Assembly: GCA_021298245.1 (NCBI GenBank)
Contig: JAJTDZ010000011.1
Location: 17,247 to 81,246 of the forward strand
Length of the DNA stretch: 64,000 nt
Direction of reading: 5' to 3'
Source: Algoriphagus sp.
GTDB taxonomy: Bacteria; Bacteroidota; Bacteroidia; Cytophagales; Cyclobacteriaceae
Below the pieces are notes generated by a model. The model was not told the DNA's origin and ran no database searches. It saw only the letters and a list, made by a program, of their open reading frames with translations. Positions 31,290 through 39,041 of the stretch are shown in pieces. Position 1 is the first letter of the stretch. Every line of letters starts with the position of its first letter. The translations under genes were made by a program, and so were the position numbers.

Positions 31290-31314
31290 ACCCTGCGTTA
31301 AATATTTGGTCTAA
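31287..31314 (+). promoter_or_regulatory. Putative ECF sigma promoter TAAACCC-N13-TGGTCTAA (copy 2)
   Basis: Overlaps the sigma stop codon and lies 7 nt upstream of the next ATG. Confidence 0.65.
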
Positions 31315-31321
31315 TAACGAA

Positions 31322-31585
31322 ATGAAATCTCTACCCCGACTACAGCCACTACCTGTACCTGAAGGATATTTTGACACCTTGCCTGAAAAAATTCTTAATC
31401 AAAAGCAGGAGCCTACACCGATAAGCGTAGAAGAAGAAGCCTTACTCTACATTGAAAGTGGGCAATGGAGTACAGAAGATATTCTGAGCATGTCAGATAA
31501 TCCCAACGAATTACTTGATCAAATTATAGAAGAAGAATTATCAAAAACAGAACCCCTATGGACAGAAGAAGAAACCTGGTACTAA
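31322..31585 (+). CDS. Small acidic putative anti-sigma-like protein
   Basis: PEGYF motif, directly downstream of the ECF sigma. Confidence 0.6.
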   Translation: MKSLPRLQPLPVPEGYFDTLPEKILNQKQEPTPISVEEEALLYIESGQWSTEDILSMSDNPNELLDQIIEEELSKTEPLWTEEETWY

Positions 31586-32028
31586 GCACCATCAAACATG
31601 TATTCCTCCTTGTAACTTTTACTTTGATTGTAGGAACAGGGCATCTCTGGGCCCAAAGGTCCCCCAGGGATGTAGATCCTGAACGTGTGCAAGCTGCAAG
31701 AATTGCCTTTATCACCTCAAGAATAAGTTTGAAACCAGAGCAAGCAGAAAAATTTTGGCCCATATTCAATGAGTTCACTGAATTCAGAGAAGCAACTATG
31801 AGATCTATGGGAGATTTGGGCCAAGGCGCAGAAAGCCTGAGTGAGGAAGATGCCAAATCTCGCCTACAGCAAAGGCTACAACTCCAACAAAAACTTCTTG
31901 AAGAAGAGAAGACCTTTATTGCTGCCTCTGCAAAAGTCTTGAGTTACAAGCAAATTTTATTGCTGCAAAACATAGCCAAAGATTTTAACAAACACATTTA
32001 CCAACGCCAAAGAGGTGGGGAAAATTAA
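31558..32028 (+). CDS. Periplasmic helical protein, Spy/CpxP-like (ECF-associated)
   Basis: Signal peptide; RIAFIT..L.PEQAEKFWPIFNE and LSYKQ LTxxQ-like motifs. Confidence 0.7.
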   Translation: MDRRRNLVLSTIKHVFLLVTFTLIVGTGHLWAQRSPRDVDPERVQAARIAFITSRISLKPEQAEKFWPIFNEFTEFREATMRSMGDLGQGAESLSEEDAKSRLQQRLQLQQKLLEEEKTFIAASAKVLSYKQILLLQNIAKDFNKHIYQRQRGGEN

Positions 32029-32049
32029 ACTAATTCTAAAGCTACCCAC

Positions 32050-32087
32050 TAAGCTCCTAGCGAAGGTTAGGAGCTTATTTTTTTTTA
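32050..32087. terminator. Terminator between convergent genes
   Basis: TAAGCTCCTAGC-GAAG-GTTAGGAGCTTA hairpin followed by a T-run. Confidence 0.65.
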
Positions 32088-32488
32088 AGTAAATCCCTTA
32101 TTTCCTCTAAAAGCTTTTCCGTTGGAGTTTTTTCGGAGACTTGTCCTGTTGTTTCTTCTTTTCGCTTTAAGGTGTTCATGGCTTTTATGACAATAAATAT
32201 GACCAATGCGATAAAAGTAAAGTCCACCACATTTTGAATAAACATGCCATAATTAAGCGTAACCGCATCTACTACCTGTCCACTTTGATCAGTATAAGCC
32301 TCTTTTAAGACCAATGACAAGTGCTTCACATCTACTCCACCCACAAGTAATCCAAGAGGTGGCATGACCACATCACTGATGAAGGAGGAAACAATTTTCC
32401 CAAACGCAGCCCCAATAATAACCCCTACGGCAAGGTCAAGGACATTTCCTCTGACCGCAAATTCTTTAAATTCTTTAAAAAATTTCAT
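32075..32488 (-). CDS. mscL: Large-conductance mechanosensitive channel
   Basis: [26 protein letters not shown] and LLEEIRDLL. The real start is ATG 32488, not 32635. Confidence 0.95.
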   Translation of the reverse strand: MKFFKEFKEFAVRGNVLDLAVGVIIGAAFGKIVSSFISDVVMPPLGLLVGGVDVKHLSLVLKEAYTDQSGQVVDAVTLNYGMFIQNVVDFTFIALVIFIVIKAMNTLKRKEETTGQVSEKTPTEKLLEEIRDLLKKK

Positions 32489-32689
32489 ATTCCTAAAGTT
32501 TTGGTTGATGTGAATGAGTAATAGAACTAGCCATGTAGTTTGCCTTCTGAAAATACAAAAAATTTTAATCTTGCTTGGTGCACTAAACCAGTTGCGCTGG
32601 TGAATTAAAAAATAGCTAGTAGCAACCGCAACCACCTAGGCTAAAAGATCTGTTTCTAGTCTCAGAATCCCCTAATTTTTCTTATCCTT

Positions 32690-34753
32690 GTGCCTAATTC
32701 AATTTTCATGCAAGCCCCCAAAGCCTCCCAAAAACCGAAACTTCTAGAAATTCATGGTCACCAAAGGATAGACCCATACTATTGGTTAAACGAGCGGGAA
32801 AACTCGGAGGTCATTGCCTATATCACCGCTGAAAATTCTTACCTCAAGGAGGTGATGCAGCCCACTGCCGCCACTCAGGAACTTCTTTTCCGAGAGATGA
32901 AGGGGAGAATAAAAGAAGAAGATCAAACCGTACCCTATTTTAAATCGGGGTATTATTGGTATACCCGCTACGAAACGGGAGGCGAGTACCCTATTTTTTG
33001 CCGAAAAAAATCCAAAGAAAGTAAGCTTGAAGAAATCCTTCTGGACGTAAACCAACTGGCAAAAGATAAGTCCTACTACCAAGTAGGTCAAACCTCCACG
33101 TCAAGCAATCAACAGATTTTGGCCTTTTCTGCCGATGAGGTGGGCAGGAGAATTTATACCCTTTATTTCAAGGACCTGCTTTCTGGAAAAATCCTAGAAG
33201 ATCAAGTTCCAGAAACTACAGGAAATTTTGTCTGGGCGGAAGACAATGCTACCCTATTTTATTCCAAACAAGATCCCGATACGCTTCGCTCCAATCAAAT
33301 TTACCAACACAGGTTAGGGAGGCCTTGCAGCGAAGACCGTCTTATTTACGAAGAAAAAGACGAGGAGTTTTCTTGCATGGTACATAAAACCAAATCAGAA
33401 AAGTATATTCTCATCCATTCTTCCAGTACCATTTCTAGCGAGGTATGGATCATAAAAGCCTCACAAGCTTTTCAAGAACCCCGACTTCTACAACAAAGAA
33501 TTCCACATCTTGAATACGCTGTCGATCACTTTGAAGATCATTTTTACATCCGTACCAACGATCAAGCTCAAAATTTTAAATTGGTGAAGACACCGATTTG
33601 GGCTACTTCAAAGGAGCATTGGACCGATGTGATTCCACATCGACCTGATGTTTTGCTAGAAGACATAGATTTATTTTCTAGGTATTTGGTAGTACAAGAA
33701 AGGTACAATGGACTTACTCAAATCCACATCCATCCTTGGAAAGGAGATTCTTTTAGCTTGCCTTTTGATGACCAAACCTATACAGCGTGGATAGGTGCCA
33801 ATCCAGAATTTGATACAGATATTTTACGATTTGGATACAATTCCCTGGTTATTCCCAGTTCGGTCTACGAAATCGATCTGCTTTCTAAAGAAAGAGCACT
33901 ATTAAAACAACAAGAAATCGTGGGAGGATACGATCCCCAGGATTATCACTCCGAACGAATATGGGCAAAATCCAAGGACGGTACGAGCGTACCCATCTCT
34001 TTGGTATATAAAAAATCGAGCTTCTCAAAAAATGGGGATGCTCCCCTGCTGTTGTATGCCTATGGGTCCTATGGATACAGCATGGATGCTTACTTTTCTT
34101 CCAACCGGCTGAGTTTATTGGATAGAGGATTTGTATTTGCTATAGCTCATATCCGAGGGGGCGAAGACTTAGGTAGACATTGGTACGAAGAAGGGAAGCT
34201 ATTGAAGAAAAAAAACACCTTCACTGACTTTATAGCTTGTGCTCAATACCTTATAGAACAAAAATATACGCAAGCTAGGCATCTGTATGCGATGGGGGGA
34301 AGTGCCGGAGGATTATTGATGGGAGCGGTCATGAATATGGAGCCTGAATTGTTTCATGGCATTATTGCCAATGTTCCCTTTGTGGATGTGGTGACCACTA
34401 TGCTGGACGAAAGTATTCCCCTGACCACTGGGGAATTTCAAGAATGGGGCAATCCAAAAAATAAGGAATACTACGATTACATGCTTTCCTATTCTCCCTA
34501 CGATCAAGTAAAAAAACAGTCTTATCCCCATCTTTTGGTTACTTCAGGCCTCCATGATTCCCAAGTACAGTACTGGGAGCCTACCAAATGGGTAGCCAAA
34601 CTGAGACACTTGAAAACCAACGATACCCTTCTCTTACTTTTTACTAACATGGAAGCTGGACATGGTGGGGCTTCTGGAAGGTTCCATGCCTTGAAGGAGT
34701 TGGCCTTGGAATATGCCTTTCTTTTGCTCCTAGAGGATAAAATTTCATCCTAA
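32690..34753 (+). CDS. ptrB: Oligopeptidase B (S9A)
   Basis: DPYYWL, YGSYG, GGSAGG (Ser), HDSQV (Asp), GHGG (His). Likely start ATG 32708. Confidence 0.9.
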   Translation: MPNSIFMQAPKASQKPKLLEIHGHQRIDPYYWLNERENSEVIAYITAENSYLKEVMQPTAATQELLFREMKGRIKEEDQTVPYFKSGYYWYTRYETGGEYPIFCRKKSKESKLEEILLDVNQLAKDKSYYQVGQTSTSSNQQILAFSADEVGRRIYTLYFKDLLSGKILEDQVPETTGNFVWAEDNATLFYSKQDPDTLRSNQIYQHRLGRPCSEDRLIYEEKDEEFSCMVHKTKSEKYILIHSSSTISSEVWIIKASQAFQEPRLLQQRIPHLEYAVDHFEDHFYIRTNDQAQNFKLVKTPIWATSKEHWTDVIPHRPDVLLEDIDLFSRYLVVQERYNGLTQIHIHPWKGDSFSLPFDDQTYTAWIGANPEFDTDILRFGYNSLVIPSSVYEIDLLSKERALLKQQEIVGGYDPQDYHSERIWAKSKDGTSVPISLVYKKSSFSKNGDAPLLLYAYGSYGYSMDAYFSSNRLSLLDRGFVFAIAHIRGGEDLGRHWYEEGKLLKKKNTFTDFIACAQYLIEQKYTQARHLYAMGGSAGGLLMGAVMNMEPELFHGIIANVPFVDVVTTMLDESIPLTTGEFQEWGNPKNKEYYDYMLSYSPYDQVKKQSYPHLLVTSGLHDSQVQYWEPTKWVAKLRHLKTNDTLLLLFTNMEAGHGGASGRFHALKELALEYAFLLLLEDKISS

Positions 34754-34882
34754 GGACACAAAAAGCATTAGCATGTAGAAAGAATAAACTCGAAGCAGCG
34801 GGTAGGAGGTCAAAGGAACTTTGCTAGGGAAGAATTGCTTGGATATTCTATGTATGGAAAGTACTTAAAGTTAAAATTTCTC

Positions 34883-34890
34883 TAACTTTG
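34883..34890 (+). promoter_or_regulatory. Bacteroidota -7 promoter element TAACTTTG upstream of mgsA-pfkA
   Basis: Exact TAnnTTTG match 26 nt before the mgsA ATG. Confidence 0.55.
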
Positions 34891-34916
34891 AATGCAAACC
34901 TAAAAAATCCTAATTC

Positions 34917-35297
34917 ATGAAAATCGCCTTAATTGCCCATGACGGTAAAAAAGCTGACATGGTGCATTTTTTAAGTGGATTCCGTGATGCCTTGCAGAGC
35001 AGTGCTATTGACCTAGTGGCCACTGGCACTACAGGCTCTCATATCGAAAAGGCTGGATTTAAGGTAGAAAAACTCCTCTCTGGGCCTTACGGTGGCGACG
35101 CACAAATCGCTGCTATGGCAGCTGAGAAGAAGTTAGCAGCAGTTATATTTTTTAGGGATCCTTTGGACAAGCATCCTCACGAACCTGATGTGCAGATGCT
35201 TATGAGAATTTGTGATGTACACAACATTCCCTTGGCTACCAATCCTGCATCGGCTGCTCTTATGTTTAAAGCCTTGACTCAAACCTATGGAACCTAA
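34917..35297 (+). CDS. mgsA: Methylglyoxal synthase
   Basis: IALIAHD..K, ATGTTG, SGPYGGD, FFRDPL..PHEPD. Confidence 0.95.
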   Translation: MKIALIAHDGKKADMVHFLSGFRDALQSSAIDLVATGTTGSHIEKAGFKVEKLLSGPYGGDAQIAAMAAEKKLAAVIFFRDPLDKHPHEPDVQMLMRICDVHNIPLATNPASAALMFKALTQTYGT

Positions 35298-36273
35298 ATC
35301 AATCAAAAAAATTGGTGTACTCACCTCTGGAGGCGATTCTCCGGGGATGAATGCAGCCATCCGCGCTGTCGTTCGTGCTGGATTTTACTACGGAATCGAA
35401 ATGTATGGAATCTACAGAGGCTACGAAGGCATGATTCAAAACGATATCAAAAAACTAGATTCCAAACACATCACCCAAATCCTAGAGCGAGGAGGAACTT
35501 TCCTAAAATCTGCCAGAAGTGCGGAATTTAGAACTCCAGAAGGAAGGAGGAAAGCTTACGACAACTTGGTAAGTCATGGAATAGATGCTTTGGTAGTCAT
35601 CGGAGGGGATGGATCGTTGACAGGGGCTCACCTGTTCTATGAAGAATACGGAATTCCCTCTGTGGGTCTACCGGGTACCATTGACAATGATCTTTCCGGT
35701 ACTGACTTAACGATTGGTTTTGATACGGCATGCAATACTGCCATCGAGGCCATAGATAAAATACGGGATACAGCCACCTCTCACGACCGCTTATTTTTTG
35801 TGGAAGTGATGGGAAGGGATGCAGGATTTATTGCCATCAATGCAGGGATTGGAAGTGCAGCTGCAGCCATATTGATTCCAGAACGCAAAACCTCCATTGA
35901 AAATTTAGTAGAAAAATTAAAAACGAGATCGAGAGCAAAAAAAACCTCCAACATCGTCATTGTAGCTGAAGGTGGAAAAAGCGGATCGGCTCAAGAAATT
36001 GCCGATCAAGTAAAAAGCATTTTCCCAAACTACGATATCAAGGTTACTATTCTAGGACATTTGCAAAGAGGAGGTTCACCTACCAGTTTTGATAGACTCC
36101 TGGCTTCCAAATTGGGAGTAGCTGCCGTTGAGGCATTACTTCAAGGAAGATTTGATGTAATGGCAGGAATGATCAATAATAAAATCATCTACACCCCCAT
36201 TGTAAAAGCCATAGTCGACGACAAAGAAATAGACGAAGAGGACTTGCGTGTGGCAAGTATTCTATCTACCTAA
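35287..36273 (+). CDS. pfkA: ATP-dependent 6-phosphofructokinase
   Basis: TSGGDSPGMN, GGDGS, TIDND, EVMGR, LGHLQRGG. Confidence 0.96.
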   Translation: MEPKSIKKIGVLTSGGDSPGMNAAIRAVVRAGFYYGIEMYGIYRGYEGMIQNDIKKLDSKHITQILERGGTFLKSARSAEFRTPEGRRKAYDNLVSHGIDALVVIGGDGSLTGAHLFYEEYGIPSVGLPGTIDNDLSGTDLTIGFDTACNTAIEAIDKIRDTATSHDRLFFVEVMGRDAGFIAINAGIGSAAAAILIPERKTSIENLVEKLKTRSRAKKTSNIVIVAEGGKSGSAQEIADQVKSIFPNYDIKVTILGHLQRGGSPTSFDRLLASKLGVAAVEALLQGRFDVMAGMINNKIIYTPIVKAIVDDKEIDEEDLRVASILST

Positions 36274-36302
36274 AAAAGGGGCCTAAGCCTCTTTTTATTT
36301 TT
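36272..36302. terminator. Bidirectional terminator between pfkA and the GH13 gene
   Basis: AAAAAGGGGC-CTAA-GCCTCTTTTT with A/T tracts on both sides. Confidence 0.6.
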
Positions 36303-37851
36303 TATGGGCTAGTACCAAGCTAGCATGCGGAGCAAGGAGAACTTCTCCCTCTCCTACCTGTACGCCATCCGTGGCCGCAAGGATTTCTTCAAATCCTTTA
36401 GGAAGGGATATTTTTAAAGCTGTTTTACCCACATGATGAAGGACCAAGAGCTCCTGATCATCAGATGTTCTCAAAAAAGCCATCACTTCTTTGGGATAAG
36501 TTAAAGGAGCAGACTCCAATCTTCCTATGGCCAAAGCTGAATTAGAATTGCGAAGAGCGATCCATTTTTTATAATGATTAAATAAGCTATGGGGATCCTC
36601 CCGTTGCAAGGCCAATGGAGTAACAGTTTCGTCCGTGCTATTTACCGGAGCAATCCAAGTGGCCCTGGCCTGATCCAGCTCCTTTTTGTTCCACAAAAAG
36701 GGTTCACGGATGTGTTCATCAGGCTTAAGCCCCAACATTCCGATTTCTTCTCCATAATACAGGTAAGGTGCCCCAGGAAAAGTCATGAGAATAGCGATGG
36801 CTTGCCTATATTTTGCTGGATCCTTTTGAAGGTCATTGAGCAATCTAGGTTGATCGTGATTAGACGAAAAGGTAGCATCAATAAAATCGGGAGTGATGGC
36901 TTGATAAAAATCTAAAACATCTTTCTGCTTCTCCACCAAGAGCTGTCCATGCCCCGAATTCATGGAATTTATAAGAGTGTAATGAAAATCAAAATTGAAT
37001 AAAGCAGGTAAGCCTGGTAAATAGGGAGCAACTATTTCCTTCTTGTCGTACACTTCACCCACCAAATACACGTCCGGTTTTATGGCCTCCATTTTTGCAC
37101 GAAACTCCTTCCAAAAGGCATGGTTATCCAAGGGCCTGTCATCAGGAAAAATGTGTTTGGCAGCATCCAAGCGGAATCCGTCTACGCCTACTTCCTCCAA
37201 CCAAAATCTACCTATTTCGTAGATCTCTTCTCGAACTTTTGGAGAATCAAAATTCAAATCGGGCATTCCTCCCCAAAAAAAGCCATAGTAGTAATCTATT
37301 CCCTGACCGGGATCATGCCATTGGCGAATATTGTCCGAGTCCAGGGTAACGGTCTTTTTATTCAAATATGAAGCAATGGTATCCTGCTGAGCCCAAACGT
37401 AGTAATCTCGGTAAGGATTGTTTCTTCCCATTTTTGAAGCTTCAAACCAAGGGTGGGAGTTAGAGGTATGATTGATAATAAAATCAATCACAATTTTAAT
37501 GTCGCGCTTATGAGCCTCTTCAAGCAGGCGCTTGAAATCCTCCATGGTCCCGTAATCGGGATGCACGGCTTTGTAGTTGGTTACGTCGTATTTGTGGTAA
37601 GTCGGAGAAGGCATGATGGGCATAAACCAAATGGCATTGGCTCCCAATTCTTTGACGTAGTCTAGGCCTTCGATGACTCCGTTAAAATCTCCTATGCCGT
37701 CCCCATTAGAGTCTCTAAAGGACTGAACAAAAATTTCATAGGTGATTCCCGCTTTGGGCCAATAGTTCTTTATCTCTTGGTGTTGCTGTTGGGCAAAAGC
37801 ACTGCCTAAACCAAGGATCAGAAACAAATAAAAAGCTATGTTCTTTTTCAT
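36295..37851 (-). CDS. Secreted GH13 alpha-amylase family protein
   Basis: DSNGDGIGD, NH, GFRLDAAKH (nucleophile), GE (acid/base) and NHD; signal peptide. Confidence 0.9.
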   Translation of the reverse strand: MKKNIAFYLFLILGLGSAFAQQQHQEIKNYWPKAGITYEIFVQSFRDSNGDGIGDFNGVIEGLDYVKELGANAIWFMPIMPSPTYHKYDVTNYKAVHPDYGTMEDFKRLLEEAHKRDIKIVIDFIINHTSNSHPWFEASKMGRNNPYRDYYVWAQQDTIASYLNKKTVTLDSDNIRQWHDPGQGIDYYYGFFWGGMPDLNFDSPKVREEIYEIGRFWLEEVGVDGFRLDAAKHIFPDDRPLDNHAFWKEFRAKMEAIKPDVYLVGEVYDKKEIVAPYLPGLPALFNFDFHYTLINSMNSGHGQLLVEKQKDVLDFYQAITPDFIDATFSSNHDQPRLLNDLQKDPAKYRQAIAILMTFPGAPYLYYGEEIGMLGLKPDEHIREPFLWNKKELDQARATWIAPVNSTDETVTPLALQREDPHSLFNHYKKWIALRNSNSALAIGRLESAPLTYPKEVMAFLRTSDDQELLVLHHVGKTALKISLPKGFEEILAATDGVQVGEGEVLLAPHASLVLAHKK

Positions 37852-37868
37852 AAATAATTTAGAAGAAT

Positions 37869-37898
37869 AAAAAAGTCACTCGGAAAAGTGACTTTTTT
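37869..37898 (-). terminator. Probable terminator after fbaA
   Basis: AAAAAAGTCACT-CGGAAA-AGTGACTTTTTT inverted repeat. Confidence 0.6.
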
Positions 37899-37961
37899 GA
37901 GTTCAATAAGGATAGTTTACTTTCCTTGGTCCCCTGTGGACCATAGAAATAAAATTAAAAC

Positions 37962-39023
37962 TTAATTTCTTCCCACCGCATTGAGCATATCGAAGGCAAG
38001 TTCCAATCGTTTAACGAAATTTTCCTCTCCTTTTCTAAGCCATACCCGTGGATCGTAGTATTTTTTATTGGGACTATCTGCGCCTTCTGGATTTCCCAGT
38101 TGGCTTTGAAGATAGCCCTCGTTCTTTTTGTAGTAATGCAACACTCCTTCCCACATGGCCCACTGCATGTCTGTATCGATATTCATTTTGATAGAGCCGT
38201 AGCTATTGGCCTCACGAATTTCTTCTACTGAAGAACCTGATCCTCCATGGAAAACAAAATTGAGTGGCTTTCCTGTAGTGCCGAAGTTTTTATTGATGTA
38301 GTCTTGAGAATTTTTGAGAATCACGGGCTTCAAACTCACATTTCCGGGTTTGTAGACTCCGTGCACATTTCCAAAAGCGGCAGCTATGGTAAATAAATCT
38401 CCAATTTCTTTCAAATGGCTGTAAGCATAGGCCACTTCTTCGGGCTGCGTATATAGCCTGGAGGAATCTACATCGGAATTGTCTACTCCATCCTCCTCTC
38501 CCCCAGTCACTCCCAATTCAATCTCAATGGCCATATCCAACTTGACAAATTCTTTAAAATAAGAACTGCAAATCTCTATATTTTCATGCAAGGGCTCTTC
38601 GGATAAGTCGAGCATGTGGGAACTAAAAAGGGGTCTTTTATAGGCCTGATGATACGCCTTCCCTGCTTGCAGCAATCCATCAATCCAAGGGAGCAATTTG
38701 AGCGCCGCATGATCGGTATGAAGAATCACCGGTACACCGTAGGCTTCGGCCATTTGATGCACGTGATGAGCCCCAGAAATTCCACCTGCAATACTTGCTT
38801 GCTGGGCATCGTTGGACAATCCCTTGCCTGCAAAAAACTGAGCGCCTCCGTTTGAAAATTGGATAATTACTGGTGAATTTACCTTTTTGGCCGTTTCAAG
38901 AACCGCATTTACGGAATTGGTGCCAATGACATTTACTGCAGGAAAAGCAAATTGATTTTCCTTGGCATAGGCAAACATCTCCCTAAGTTCTTGTCCGTAT
39001 TTTACTCCAGGTTTAAATTTCAT
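37962..39023 (-). CDS. fbaA: Class II fructose-bisphosphate aldolase
   Basis: HTDH, SSHMLDLSE, GGEEDG, GNVHG, FHGGSG, KYYDPRVWLR. Confidence 0.96.
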   Translation of the reverse strand: MKFKPGVKYGQELREMFAYAKENQFAFPAVNVIGTNSVNAVLETAKKVNSPVIIQFSNGGAQFFAGKGLSNDAQQASIAGGISGAHHVHQMAEAYGVPVILHTDHAALKLLPWIDGLLQAGKAYHQAYKRPLFSSHMLDLSEEPLHENIEICSSYFKEFVKLDMAIEIELGVTGGEEDGVDNSDVDSSRLYTQPEEVAYAYSHLKEIGDLFTIAAAFGNVHGVYKPGNVSLKPVILKNSQDYINKNFGTTGKPLNFVFHGGSGSSVEEIREANSYGSIKMNIDTDMQWAMWEGVLHYYKKNEGYLQSQLGNPEGADSPNKKYYDPRVWLRKGEENFVKRLELAFDMLNAVGRN

Positions 39024-39041
39024 GATTTTAGTTAGGTTTGA

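Noticed and set aside
32489-32635. 49-aa N-terminal extension of MscL
   Set aside because: MscL homology begins at MKFFKEF (32488); the extension is promoter-region sequence.
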